From positions 5,884-69,883 of the forward strand of contig JAZLHU010000051.1 in assembly GCA_045616985.1 (NCBI GenBank): a DNA stretch of 64,000 nucleotides, read 5' to 3'. The position numbers and the translations under genes were made by a program. The notes beneath the pieces were generated by a model. The model did no database searches and had not been told where the DNA came from. It saw only the letters and a list, made by a program, of their open reading frames with translations. Shown here piece by piece: positions 52,071-62,065 of this stretch. This DNA is from Anaerovoracaceae bacterium. Lineage in GTDB: Bacteria; Bacillota; Clostridia; Peptostreptococcales; Anaerovoracaceae. Every line of letters starts with the position of its first letter. Within the stretch, counting starts at the first letter, position 1.

Positions 52071-54482
52071 ATGACCGACAGAGTAAAACGAATGATAGAG
52101 AGCTTAAGAATCAATAAGTATCCTCTCTGCGTAGAAACATTCAGACTTGCAAATGAATCCCTGGACCGGACAGCCGGCGAGCCGATGATTACAAGACGTT
52201 CCAAGCTGCATGCACACATCCTTGACAACATGACCATATTTATCGAACCTGAAGATCTTCTTTGCGGTTCAGGCGCATCTAAGCCGTTCGGACTTGAAAT
52301 GTGCTACGAATACGGCGTTTGGACAAAGGACGAGGTTGAATCCTTAAAGTCAGAACTCTATACAATTACACCGGAAGATGAAGAAGAATTGTATAAGCTT
52401 AACGACCGTTTTGCAAACAATGCTTCAAACTCCAACTTGGTTGATGCAATGTCAAAGTCACTCGGTCTTAACGACAGACTTTGGCCGTTCATGAAGTCGG
52501 GCACGATACTTCCCCCATGGAAGGACAGAAGAGGCGGCTCCGGCGGCGGATTTGCCATGTCGGGCTACGGCCTCGGACCGGGCTTTGCTCTTGTTGCAGT
52601 TGATTACGCCAAGATCTTAAAGGTCGGAGCAAAGGGCATTATTGAAGAAGCAAAAAAGTGCATCGAAGATATTCGCTTTGAAGAACCGGACATCATGGAA
52701 AAGCGTGATTTCTGGGAAGGCACCATTATGGTATTCGAAGCATGGGTTCGACTTGCAAACAGGTATGCCGATCTTGCGGAAAAGATGGCAGGAGAAGAAA
52801 AGGACGAAAAGAGAAAGGCAGAGCTTCTTGAAATGGCAAGGATTTGCCGCAAGGTTCCTTATGAACCGGCAGAAACCTTCAGAGAGGCACTCCAGTCCTT
52901 CTGGTTTACCTTCCTTATGTGCCTGCCTTCACCGACAACATCCGCAGGAAGATTCGATCAGTACATGTATCCTTACTACGAAAAGGATATTAAGGAAGGA
53001 AGGATCACAAGAGACGAAGTATTGGAGCTTCTTGAGATAATGCGCTGCAAGGTCATGAAGATCAACCGTGTATCCGGAAAGGCAAACCGTGCTAAAAACT
53101 CCGGTATGGCAAAGTGGTACAACTGGACTATCGGCGGACAAAAGGCCGACGGCTCCGACGCAACCAACGAGCTTTCATACCTTCTCCTTGAAGCAGCAGA
53201 AGAAACACATCTTCCGCACCATACGGTTACAATCAGAGTTCACAAGGATACACCGGAAAAGCTTCTTGTTAAGGGCCTTGAGTGCGTAAGATCCGGAATC
53301 GGTATGCCTGCATTTGTCGGCGACGAATCCTATATCAACTTCTTTACAAGCCAGAGCGAAAAGAACAAGCTCTCGATTGAAGAAGCCCGTGACTGGTGCT
53401 GCACAGGCTGCGTGGACGGAAATGTTCAGGCTGTAACAAGAACACAGGTAGCCTGCTTCTTTATCATTGCCCAGGCAATGGACATCGCTCTTCACAACGG
53501 CTTCTGCCGCTTCACAAAAGAGATGGTCGGCAAAGAAGTCGGCGACGTAAAGGAAATGAAATCCTTCGATGAGGTTAAGAATGCAGTTTACGACGAAATC
53601 CGCTACCTCATGAGAATGGCAAACGAAAGAATCAACGTAGAGCTTATTGCAGAAAGAGATCTCTTCCCTGACGTATTCCGCTCCGCTCTTATGAAGGACG
53701 GCGTAAAGGTTGGAAAGGATATGTATAACCGCAGATTCGAATTTGAAAACGGCGCAGTACTCGGCGCTGTAGGCGGAGTTAATACAGGTAATGCCCTTTA
53801 TGCAATCAGGCAGCTCGTATTTGAAAAGAAAAAATATACAATGGCTCAGCTTATGGAAGCACTCGATGCAGACTGGGTCGGATATGATGAAATGAGAGCA
53901 GATTTTCTTGCAGAGCCAAAGTACGGCAATGACATTGAAGCTGTTGACGAAATGGTTGCGGAAATCTATAAGCTCCACGCAGATACATGCATGTCACTTC
54001 CATGCGTATACGGAGACAGCTTAAAGCCAAATGCAATTTCCATTTCAGCTCACCAGCCGGGCGGGGCTTGCACAGGCGCAACGGCAGACGGAAGAAAGGG
54101 CGGTGCAATTCTTGCAGACGCATCACTTTCTCCGGAACACGGAACAGACAAGAACGGCCCTCTGGCAGTATTCAATTCCGCAATGAGAGTTCCTCAGGAT
54201 GCATATCAGGGCACGCTGATGAACATGAAATTTGCTCCCGACAACATGAAGACAGAAGACGATCTTAAAAAACTCGGCTCCATGGTCAAGACCTATCTTA
54301 CCCACGGCGGAAAGCACGTTCAGTTCACCATCGCAAACCGCGAAGAAATGGTAGATGCAAAGGTAAATCCCGATGCACATCCGGAGCTTATCGTCCGCGT
54401 TGCAGGCTATTCCGCATACTTCACAAGACTGTCCGAAGGAATCCAGCAGGAGGTCATCGACAGAACATCACAGACACTGTAA
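52071..54482 (+). CDS. Glycyl radical enzyme, PFL2/dehydratase-lyase clade, 803 aa
   Basis: C-terminal glycyl radical fingerprint IVRVAGYSAYF. Putative thiyl loop WCCTGCVDGN. Confidence 0.85.
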   Translation: MTDRVKRMIESLRINKYPLCVETFRLANESLDRTAGEPMITRRSKLHAHILDNMTIFIEPEDLLCGSGASKPFGLEMCYEYGVWTKDEVESLKSELYTITPEDEEELYKLNDRFANNASNSNLVDAMSKSLGLNDRLWPFMKSGTILPPWKDRRGGSGGGFAMSGYGLGPGFALVAVDYAKILKVGAKGIIEEAKKCIEDIRFEEPDIMEKRDFWEGTIMVFEAWVRLANRYADLAEKMAGEEKDEKRKAELLEMARICRKVPYEPAETFREALQSFWFTFLMCLPSPTTSAGRFDQYMYPYYEKDIKEGRITRDEVLELLEIMRCKVMKINRVSGKANRAKNSGMAKWYNWTIGGQKADGSDATNELSYLLLEAAEETHLPHHTVTIRVHKDTPEKLLVKGLECVRSGIGMPAFVGDESYINFFTSQSEKNKLSIEEARDWCCTGCVDGNVQAVTRTQVACFFIIAQAMDIALHNGFCRFTKEMVGKEVGDVKEMKSFDEVKNAVYDEIRYLMRMANERINVELIAERDLFPDVFRSALMKDGVKVGKDMYNRRFEFENGAVLGAVGGVNTGNALYAIRQLVFEKKKYTMAQLMEALDADWVGYDEMRADFLAEPKYGNDIEAVDEMVAEIYKLHADTCMSLPCVYGDSLKPNAISISAHQPGGACTGATADGRKGGAILADASLSPEHGTDKNGPLAVFNSAMRVPQDAYQGTLMNMKFAPDNMKTEDDLKKLGSMVKTYLTHGGKHVQFTIANREEMVDAKVNPDAHPELIVRVAGYSAYFTRLSEGIQQEVIDRTSQTL

Positions 54483-54518
54483 TGTGTATTCAGGTCTTTT
54501 GCACATAAAAGCATTACA

Positions 54519-54560
54519 TAAGCTCCGGATAAAAGTGTATTCAATGCAATTTGCAAAAGC
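54519..54560 (+). repeat. Module C repeat (isolated copy)
   Basis: ataagctccggataaaagtgtattcaatgcaatttgcaaaagc is also present at about 12756-12797 and 55172-55214. Confidence 0.85.
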
Positions 54561-54856
54561 ATTACTACAGAACGCAGAAATATTAAGCGATTTGTTGAAA
54601 TCTTAATCAGCAAGACCTGTTCTGACACCCTTATAGGGATGTGCATCGGAGCAATTACTACAAAAAGTTTATATTCTAAGGGCTTTGTAGTAAGATTTGA
54701 ATATTTTTACTACAGAAATGCAAGTTTAAATGAGATGTGTAGTAAAAGGGCAAAAAGACAAGAATTATCTGCCCAGACAAGCCGCAATTCACACTGTTTT
54801 ACTACAATATCAAGTTTATAAGCGTTTTCTGTCGTAATACTTGTGAGGGGAAGTTT

Positions 54857-55425
54857 GCAAAGTAGCACTTTCATCCGCGCAGGTGCAGCACTGCTTTTGA
54901 AACATCATCTCTGCTTCCTGAGCGCCGGATAAAAGTGTATTTGTGGCGAAAAGAAGCAGAAAAAATCAAAAAGACACATTTTCTTAAAAAGCGGTACTTT
55001 TGACCCTGTTCTATAAAGAAAAAACAGCCCTTTGTGACTATTTTTAACGGGAAAAACAGTTTGGACACAAAAAGACCTTATAAATTGTACCAAATAGAAA
55101 AAACACATCGTTTTTGGCACAAGTGAGAAAATTGGAAAACATAAGCCGTATCGCATACACAAATGCCTTGCATAAGCTCCGGATGAAAGTGTATTCAATG
55201 CAATTTGCAAAAGCTTTGCACATAAATGCATTCACTTAAGCCCGGAAAGCGCGAAAGGTCTTTGCGAAGACATTTGGGGAAGCCTGTTCTTAGCGACTGG
55301 CAAGCGGCAGACGAAGGCGCAAAGGGCAAAGCAGCAGGCTTTGGCACTTTGAGACTGAAATCTGCGCGAAGACAGAGCTTAGAACCGCTGCAGGGGTCCC
55401 CAATAGCGGGAGCGTGTCTGAGAAA
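54857..55425 (+). repeat. Composite non-coding repeat, about 570 bp, copy D2
   Basis: Collinear with 12437-13008. Confidence 0.9.
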
Positions 55426-55447
55426 CAGCCTTTCGCGCGTTCTGAGA
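55239..55447. repeat. Family-A foldback element, copy A4 (inside D2)
   Basis: The outer arms ggaaagcgcgaaagg / cctttcgcgcg pair with each other. The core is nearly identical to A3. Confidence 0.85.
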
Positions 55448-55490
55448 TTACACACAAATTCGTTAACACTATAAGAGAATTAGAATTGTT

Positions 55491-56219
55491 ATGTTAGAAA
55501 TTCAGAATCTGTATTTTAATCCAACCGGAGAACGGAACATCTTAAATGGAATTGATCTCACTATTCCGGACGGGAAGCTTATAGTTCTTACCGGTCCAAA
55601 CGGCGGCGGCAAAACCACGCTGGCAAAAGCAATTGCTGGCATCAATGCTCCAAGCTCCGGCAGGATCCTGCTTGACGGCGAAGACATCACATCGCTTGAT
55701 CCGACCCAACGCGCAAACAAGGGCATCAGTTTTGCTTTCCAGCAGCCGGTTCGCTTTAAGGGAATCAGAGTGAAGGATCTCTTAAACCTTGCTGCAAAAA
55801 AAGAGCTCAGTGATGCCGAGCTTGAAGATATTTTAAAACGTGTCGGTATGGATTGGAAAGCTTATGCGGACCGCGGTGTCGACACATATCTTTCCGGCGG
55901 TGAAATAAAGAGAATAGAAATTGCCACGGTGCTGCTTCGTCAGTCTCGCCTGGCGGTTTTTGATGAGCCTGAAGCAGGCATCGACCTTTGGTCTTTTAAC
56001 AATCTCATCAGAGTTTTTGAAAATCTCCGCGACCAGCGCGACATTACGCTGCTTATTATTTCTCATCAGGAAAGAATTCTTTCGATCGCCGATGAAATCG
56101 TTATGATCCAGGATGGCAAGGTCGGATTGAAAGGTGACGGCAGGAAGCTCTTCCAGAGCCTGCTCTGCAAAAATGATTGCGGCGATTGCTGCGAGATTCA
56201 TACAAAGGAGGCAAACTGA
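55491..56219 (+). CDS. sufC: Fe-S cluster assembly ATPase
   Basis: Walker A GPNGGGKTT, signature LSGGEIKR, Walker B LAVFDEPEAGID, H-loop SHQ. Confidence 0.8.
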   Translation: MLEIQNLYFNPTGERNILNGIDLTIPDGKLIVLTGPNGGGKTTLAKAIAGINAPSSGRILLDGEDITSLDPTQRANKGISFAFQQPVRFKGIRVKDLLNLAAKKELSDAELEDILKRVGMDWKAYADRGVDTYLSGGEIKRIEIATVLLRQSRLAVFDEPEAGIDLWSFNNLIRVFENLRDQRDITLLIISHQERILSIADEIVMIQDGKVGLKGDGRKLFQSLLCKNDCGDCCEIHTKEAN

Positions 56220-57238
56220 TGGCAGATAATATATTAAGCAAAAATGCCTTTGATTTGAAAACTGAGAATAATGCAGCAGGCTTTGAAGCTGAAAAGAAGA
56301 TAATTGATCTTGCCATGGATAATCAAACTAAGGAACTTCTTAAAACCGTTGCAGGCGAAGAATCAGAACTTTTCAGGGGAGCATTCAACATCAGATCCAA
56401 CATGGGCTGCCTCGGCCGCCGGGATTCCGAAAATATAAAGATCACAGACAAGTCCGACGGAAAGCCCGGACTTGAGGTTCATATTGCTCCGGGCACGAAG
56501 GCGGAAAAAGTTTTTATCCCTGCCTGCGTAACGAAAGCCGGAATAGATGATCTTGTTTACAACGATTTTTATATCGGCGAAGGCGCTGACGTTACCATTG
56601 TTGCAGGCTGCGGCATTCATACGGAAACCGGCGAGCCCGCAAGACACAACGGCGTGCACAGATTTTTTCTCGGCAAAAACAGCCGGGCTCTTTACGAAGA
56701 AAAGCACATCGGAACAGGTGCGGATGAGACAAAGAAAATTATAGATCCGGTTACCGAAGTCTTTATGGAAGAAGGCTCTTACCTTGAGATGGACACGGTG
56801 CAGCTCGGCGGTGTTTCTTCAACAGACAGAAGAACAACGGCAAAGCTTGATGCACACGCAGCTCTTGTTATCAAAGAAAGACTTCTGACCGACAACGAAG
56901 AAACCGCAGATACCTTCTTTGAAGTTGAATTAAACGGCGAGGGCAGTGGTGTAAACCTTATGAGCAGAAGTGTCGCAAGAGGAAATTCTCATCAGGCATA
57001 TACATCAAATATTATCGGCAACGCCAAGTGCACAGGCCACTCCGAGTGCGATGCCATCATTGCCGAAAACGGCAAGGTGGATGCCAGCCCTAAGCTGATC
57101 GCAAACTCCGGCGATGCCGAGCTTATACACGAAGCTGCCATCGGCAAAATTGCCGGCGAGCAAATCCTTAAACTCAGGACTCTCGGTCTCAGCGAAGAGG
57201 AAGCTGAATCCGCGATCATCGACGGCTTCCTGAAATAA
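56219..57238 (+). CDS. SufB/SufD-family Fe-S assembly protein
   Basis: The start ATG overlaps the sufC stop (TGATG). The C-terminal pattern HEAAIGKIAGEQILKLRTLGLSEEEAESAIIDGF is typical of SufB/D. Confidence 0.75.
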   Translation: MADNILSKNAFDLKTENNAAGFEAEKKIIDLAMDNQTKELLKTVAGEESELFRGAFNIRSNMGCLGRRDSENIKITDKSDGKPGLEVHIAPGTKAEKVFIPACVTKAGIDDLVYNDFYIGEGADVTIVAGCGIHTETGEPARHNGVHRFFLGKNSRALYEEKHIGTGADETKKIIDPVTEVFMEEGSYLEMDTVQLGGVSSTDRRTTAKLDAHAALVIKERLLTDNEETADTFFEVELNGEGSGVNLMSRSVARGNSHQAYTSNIIGNAKCTGHSECDAIIAENGKVDASPKLIANSGDAELIHEAAIGKIAGEQILKLRTLGLSEEEAESAIIDGFLK

Positions 57239-57293
57239 AGCTTTCCTGAGCCAAGGTCTTATAACCTGCACCCTCTTAAGCGGGAATTTATTG

Positions 57294-57617
57294 TCATTCT
57301 TCCTTATATCCGTGCGCTTTTGCAAGAGCAAAATATTCGGCGGCTTTTTCCGGACTCTTTTCAACATAGAGTCCTTTTTCGTACATAAGTCCGAGATTGT
57401 ATTCCGCCATAGGAAAGCCTGGAGCCGCCGCCGTAAAAAGCTCAAAGGCTTTTTGAAGATTTTGTTCGACGCCTATGCCTTCTCTGTACATATAGCCAAG
57501 ATAGCATTTTGCTTCAGCGGTATCTGATGCGGAATAATGCTCGGCGGCTTTTTGTAAATTCAGCTCAGTGCCTTCACCATAATAGTACTGATTTCCGAGT
57601 TCAAGTTCTTTGCTCAT
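57294..57617 (-). CDS. Sel1-like (TPR-family) repeat protein, 107 aa
   Basis: The start follows GGAAGGAG. There are repeated A..YLG.MY..G.GVE.N..KA motifs. Confidence 0.75.
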   Translation of the reverse strand: MSKELELGNQYYYGEGTELNLQKAAEHYSASDTAEAKCYLGYMYREGIGVEQNLQKAFELFTAAAPGFPMAEYNLGLMYEKGLYVEKSPEKAAEYFALAKAHGYKEE

Positions 57618-57697
57618 GAGTTGCTCCTTCCGTGAAAGTCCTGCTTTTCTAATTTGAATTATATCATACAAGTGTATTTATCATGAAGTTGAAAATA

Positions 57698-57894
57698 GAA
57701 TTGGTACCCGGCACTAAAGCAGAATGTTTGGGAAGCCGGTTCTTAGCGATTGGCAAGCAACAGACGAAGGAACAAAGGACAAAGCTGTAGGCTTTGGCGC
57801 TTTGAGCCTGAAGTATGTGCGCAGACAGAGCTTAGAACCGCTGCTGGGTTCCCAACCAAGCGAGAGCGTGTCTGCGTAGTGCCGGGTACCAATT
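57698..57894. repeat. Family-A foldback element, copy A5
   Basis: A perfect 18-bp terminal inverted repeat, gaattggtacccggcact / agtgccgggtaccaattc, encloses a diverged family-A core. Confidence 0.85.
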
Positions 57895-57988
57895 CTTTTA
57901 AACATGTTGCAATATATAACAAAAAAGAACATAATACTCTCATAAGACAGGTGACCACATCAGCGGCACCGAGTTGGAGGTTGGAAAA

Positions 57989-59635
57989 ATGAAATATTTA
58001 AGTGATACTGAGCTGCAGGCCCGGATCAGGAAGGAAGTAGTTGCAACACTAATGCTTACCGTGATCTGCGCAGCATGGCACATCATTACTGCGTTTGCTT
58101 TAAACGGCAGCGGGCTTTATTTTCTGGGAATGCCTGCGTGGTTTTCTGTGAGCGTGCTTGGCACGATTCTGATTGCGATAGTTGGGGTCGTTTTTTTAAT
58201 TAAAAAAGTTTTTACAGATTTTGATTACGGGGCGGAAGTATCGGGCGACCCGGCGGCTGCAGACGATTTAGGCAGTGCTTTGGGTGGAACACTGAAGGCC
58301 ACGCAATCTGAGCGAAGATTTTTTATAGGCAACCGTTCCATGGGAGGTCTTGTTCTTGCAATGACCACCATGGCAACCTATACTTCCGTAAGCTCTTTTG
58401 TTTCGGGTCCGGGCGCGGCCGCAATAACCTATGGCTATGCGCAGGCATGGATCGCTGCAGTGCAGGTGCCTGTTACATTTCTGGTGCTTGGCGTTCTGGG
58501 TAATTCATTTGCGGTTTTTGCAAGAAGAACCGGTGCCGTCACCGTTGCCGGATTCCTGCGCGAAAGATACAAATCCGATGCTCTTGTAATTATCACATCT
58601 CTTCTGATGGTTGCCTTTTTCATTGCACAGATGATCGCGCAGTTTCAGGGCGGCGCAACACTGATCGAATCAGTATTCGGTCTTGATTACAAAAAGGCAC
58701 TCATCATATTCGGTGCAGTCGTAATTCTCTATACATCCTTTGGCGGCTTTAAGGCTGTGGCTCTTACCGATGCAATTCAGGGGCTTATCATGTGCGTAGG
58801 CACGATAATATTTGTTGTTCTTGTGTTAAAAGAGGGCGGCGGACTTTCCGGAATCGATGCGGGGCTTAACTATCATCTTCCTGATGTGTACGATAATCTG
58901 ACCGCGATTTACAAGCCTGGCACTCTGCTTTCCTACTGGGTGCTGGTTGGCTTTGGTACCATCGGTCTTCCGCAGACTGCAGTCAGAGGAATGGGATTTA
59001 AAAACACAAAAGCGCTTAAGAGCGCAATGCTGATAGGCGTTATCACCTGTTCTCTTATTATGGTCGGAATGCACACCGCAGGAACCTGGGCAGGTGCGCT
59101 GCTCCCAACGGAGTTCGACCTTCCAAGCTCGGACTATTTTATTCCGTTTATCATTCGGAAAATTATGCCGGGAGCACTTGGATACATCTTCCTTTTGGCT
59201 CCTGCTGCTGCAGTAATGTCGACCGCTGACTCGCTTCTTCTGTTGGCGTCCGCTGCAATCATTAAAGACTTGTACAGGACATATATCGTAAAGGACAATC
59301 CTGTAAGAATAGAAAAATACAATAAGCGTGTGGGCCTCGCTTCAATGCTTTGCACCTTAGTGTTGGGCTGCATCGTAGTTGTTCTTGCACTGGATCCTCC
59401 GGGTATAATTTTCTTCCTGAATCTCTTTGCAATGGGCGGCCTCGAGTGTTCCTTCTTCTGGCCTCTTGCAGGCGGCGTTTTCTCCAAGCGCGCCACAAAG
59501 CGCTCGGCCCTCGCCGGCGCCATAACCTCCGTTGCAGTCTATATCTTCTGCTACTACAACGTTAGCCTTCTTGGCATCAATGCCGTTGTCTTCGGCCTTC
59601 TCGCCGGCGGCATAGTATTCTTTTTGGTAAAGTAA
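57989..59635 (+). CDS. Sodium:solute symporter (PanF-like) with an N-terminal YhdT/DUF997-like two-TM extension
   Basis: The start follows GGAGG. Residues 1-80 resemble E. coli YhdT (MPAWFSVSVLGT vs FPRWFEMACILT). The rest matches the PanF N-terminus (GNRSMGGLVLAMTTMATYTSVSSFVSGPGAA). Confidence 0.75.
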   Translation: MKYLSDTELQARIRKEVVATLMLTVICAAWHIITAFALNGSGLYFLGMPAWFSVSVLGTILIAIVGVVFLIKKVFTDFDYGAEVSGDPAAADDLGSALGGTLKATQSERRFFIGNRSMGGLVLAMTTMATYTSVSSFVSGPGAAAITYGYAQAWIAAVQVPVTFLVLGVLGNSFAVFARRTGAVTVAGFLRERYKSDALVIITSLLMVAFFIAQMIAQFQGGATLIESVFGLDYKKALIIFGAVVILYTSFGGFKAVALTDAIQGLIMCVGTIIFVVLVLKEGGGLSGIDAGLNYHLPDVYDNLTAIYKPGTLLSYWVLVGFGTIGLPQTAVRGMGFKNTKALKSAMLIGVITCSLIMVGMHTAGTWAGALLPTEFDLPSSDYFIPFIIRKIMPGALGYIFLLAPAAAVMSTADSLLLLASAAIIKDLYRTYIVKDNPVRIEKYNKRVGLASMLCTLVLGCIVVVLALDPPGIIFFLNLFAMGGLECSFFWPLAGGVFSKRATKRSALAGAITSVAVYIFCYYNVSLLGINAVVFGLLAGGIVFFLVK

Positions 59636-59681
59636 TGCCAAATCGACCCGGAGTCGAAATGGCAATAAAGAGGAATAAAAA

Positions 59682-60131
59682 ATGAAATTTGTGATTCAAA
59701 GAGTAAAACACGCATCGGTAACAGTGGACGGACAAACAGTCGGCCAAATCGAAAAGGGCCTGCTTGTTTTGGTTGGCGTTGCGCAGGATGACACAAAAGA
59801 AATAGCCGATAAGCTTGTCAAAAAGCTCATCGGCCTTAGAATATTTGAAGATGAGAACGACAAAACAAATCTTGATCTCTCCAGCGTCGGCGGAAGTCTT
59901 CTTATGGTTTCGCAGTTTACGCTATATGCTGATTGCAAAAAGGGGAATCGTCCGAGCTTTACCAATGCCGGCGTTCCGGAACTTGCAAACGAGCTTTATG
60001 AATATATTTGCGCCGAGTGCAAAAAACAAGTTCCGATCGTGGAAAAAGGAATCTTCGGCGCAGACATGAAGGTCAGCCTGTTAAATGACGGGCCGTTTAC
60101 CATCATACTCGATTCCAAAGACTTACTGTAA
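59682..60131 (+). CDS. dtd: D-aminoacyl-tRNA deacylase
   Basis: MKFVIQRV...VSQFTLYAD...KGNRPSF...FGADM...NDGPFTI are canonical Dtd motifs. Confidence 0.9.
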   Translation: MKFVIQRVKHASVTVDGQTVGQIEKGLLVLVGVAQDDTKEIADKLVKKLIGLRIFEDENDKTNLDLSSVGGSLLMVSQFTLYADCKKGNRPSFTNAGVPELANELYEYICAECKKQVPIVEKGIFGADMKVSLLNDGPFTIILDSKDLL

Positions 60132-61979
60132 GCTCATCCATTCTTCAAGCGCCCGGTCGAGGGCTTCTTTGTTCGACGACAGCTTTGCGGCAAGCTCTGC
60201 AAGGCGGCCTGCATCTGATGCAATTGCGGGGTCTTGGATTTGCAATTCGAGTTCTGCGATTTTATTTCCAAGTTCAGTAACTTTATCTTCGGCAGCAGAG
60301 ATCGCCTTTGCTGCTTTTCTTTCTTCTCTTTCGCGGGCTTTCTTTTCTTCCCAGCTTTCCGGAGTTTTCGGTACGGCATCTGCTGCTTCGTCGCTTTTGT
60401 AAAAATCGGCGGATGTGTCTCTCAGCTTTCCCGGCTTTGCCTTAAGGCTTTTTCTTTTTTCCTCGTAGTAATCAAAATTACCAAGGTACTTCACGGCGCC
60501 TTCAGATGTAAGTTCAATAATATAGTCAGGAATACTCTGCAGCAAATATCGGTCGTGAGAAACGATGATAACGGTTCCGGGGAAGGCTTTGATCGCTTCC
60601 TCAAAAACTTCTTTTGCCGAAATATCAAGATGGTTTGTGGGCTCGTCAAATATAAGCAGATTGCAGCCGCTCATCATAAGCTTTAAAAGCGAGAGCCTTG
60701 CCTTTTCGCCGCCCGCAAGATCGCCCACGGTTTTAAATACATCGTCTCCGTGGAAGAGAAATCCTCCGAGAAGCTTTCTTAGATCAGTTTCGTTATATCG
60801 GACATATTCCGAATGTATTTCATCGAGTACGGTTTTTGAAGGATGCAGATTCTTCTGCTCCTGATCGTAGTATCCCGGCATAACGTTGGTTCCGAGGATA
60901 ACACGCCCGGAGTTCGGATAAAGCTCTCCGAGCAGAATTTTAAGAAGGGTGGTTTTCCCTATTCCGTTTGCTCCGACAATGCAGACACGATCGCCCTTTT
61001 TGATGTCGAGATCAACATTGCGGAAAAGCAGGGACTCATCTTCGCGGCCGGAGGGATTGCCGTATCCAAAGCTAAGGCCGCTCGCCAGAACCACATCATT
61101 TCCGCTTTGCAGCTTCTGGTCAAAATTGATTTTAAGAGCCTCCTTAAGCTGAGTCGGCTTCACCGGCCGCGTAATATGCGCCAGCCTCTTTTCTCTGGAC
61201 TGCGCACGCTTAACAAGATGCTCTGTGTTGTGCTCTTTAAAGCGTCTTATGATTTCCTCCTGGCGTTCTATTTCCTCCATCTGATGCTCGTAGTGCTTCA
61301 GGTCGATTTCGTAATTGCGCTGCTTTTGTTCTTTGTATGAAGTGTAATTTCCGTTGTAGGCTTTGAGTGTGCAGTTTTCAATTTCAAAAATTTTATTTAC
61401 ACACCTGTCAAGAAAATATCTGTCGTGGGAAACAATTAAAAGTGTGCCGCGGTAGGATTTAAGATAGCTTTCCAGCCATGCAAGCGTAGGAAGGTCGAGG
61501 TGGTTTGTGGGCTCGTCCAGCAAAAGAATGTCCGGTTCTGTTACCAGCAGCGCGCAAAGCGCAAGGCGCGTTTTTTCGCCGCCGGACAGCACGCCGACAT
61601 CAGTATTGTAATAGCTCTCGTTAAAGCCCATGGATGTTAAGATGCCCTTAACGGCACGGCTGTAATCGTAACCGTGCTCCTGTGCAAATTTCGCCTTGAC
61701 CTCATCGGGCACTCTGTCCATAACTTCAAGCACCGTCTGCCCGGCATCGAAGTGTTCGCGCTGCTTAAGGTAACCCAAAGCAGCGCCGCGGGAAATAAAG
61801 ATCTCGCCGCTGCTTGGCTCGTACTCGGAGGCAATAAGCTTTAAAAGCGTGGATTTCCCCGCACCGTTTACTCCAACTATGCCGACACGGTCGCCATTGT
61901 TAACATTAAAGGTAACATCCTCTAAAATGACATCCACACCCAGTTCGTAATTCAGTTTTGATGCGGCTAAAATGCTCAT
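60123..61979 (-). CDS. ABC-F family ATPase (translation-factor type) with a C-terminal coiled coil
   Basis: Two ABC cassettes (GVNGAGKST / LSGGEK / [11 protein letters not shown] and GANGIGKTT / LAGGEK / [11 protein letters not shown]) and no TM domain. Confidence 0.9.
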   Translation of the reverse strand: MSILAASKLNYELGVDVILEDVTFNVNNGDRVGIVGVNGAGKSTLLKLIASEYEPSSGEIFISRGAALGYLKQREHFDAGQTVLEVMDRVPDEVKAKFAQEHGYDYSRAVKGILTSMGFNESYYNTDVGVLSGGEKTRLALCALLVTEPDILLLDEPTNHLDLPTLAWLESYLKSYRGTLLIVSHDRYFLDRCVNKIFEIENCTLKAYNGNYTSYKEQKQRNYEIDLKHYEHQMEEIERQEEIIRRFKEHNTEHLVKRAQSREKRLAHITRPVKPTQLKEALKINFDQKLQSGNDVVLASGLSFGYGNPSGREDESLLFRNVDLDIKKGDRVCIVGANGIGKTTLLKILLGELYPNSGRVILGTNVMPGYYDQEQKNLHPSKTVLDEIHSEYVRYNETDLRKLLGGFLFHGDDVFKTVGDLAGGEKARLSLLKLMMSGCNLLIFDEPTNHLDISAKEVFEEAIKAFPGTVIIVSHDRYLLQSIPDYIIELTSEGAVKYLGNFDYYEEKRKSLKAKPGKLRDTSADFYKSDEAADAVPKTPESWEEKKAREREERKAAKAISAAEDKVTELGNKIAELELQIQDPAIASDAGRLAELAAKLSSNKEALDRALEEWMSLQ

Positions 61980-62065
61980 AACTATTGTATTTTACAACAT
62001 TACTCCACTTGTCACAAGGCTGCATTGTGTGATAAAATATCCAATCATATATATTGTAAGAAAGT

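Noticed and set aside
53175-53978. A 267-aa minus-strand ORF inside the glycyl radical enzyme gene. Other long antisense ORFs occur at 20979-21554, 2394-3026, 134-715, 41218-41733 and 49724-50287.
   Set aside because: All lie antisense to genes with clear family motifs. They show low-complexity, Ser/Cys/Phe-rich shadow-frame composition and have no RBS.
54639-54821. A 60-aa ORF in the region after the glycyl radical enzyme gene.
   Set aside because: It has no RBS, and its sequence is dictated by the TTACTACA repeats (the TT, VV and YY dipeptides in ITTK, VVR, YYR and FTT). It is treated as non-coding.
61986-61998. The palindrome TTGTATTTTACAA in the rex / ABC-F divergent promoter region, considered as a Rex operator.
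   Set aside because: It is shorter than the roughly 18-bp Rex box I recall (TTGTGAA-N4/6-TTCACAA type) and matches it imperfectly. It cannot be distinguished from chance AT-rich symmetry without a position weight matrix scan.
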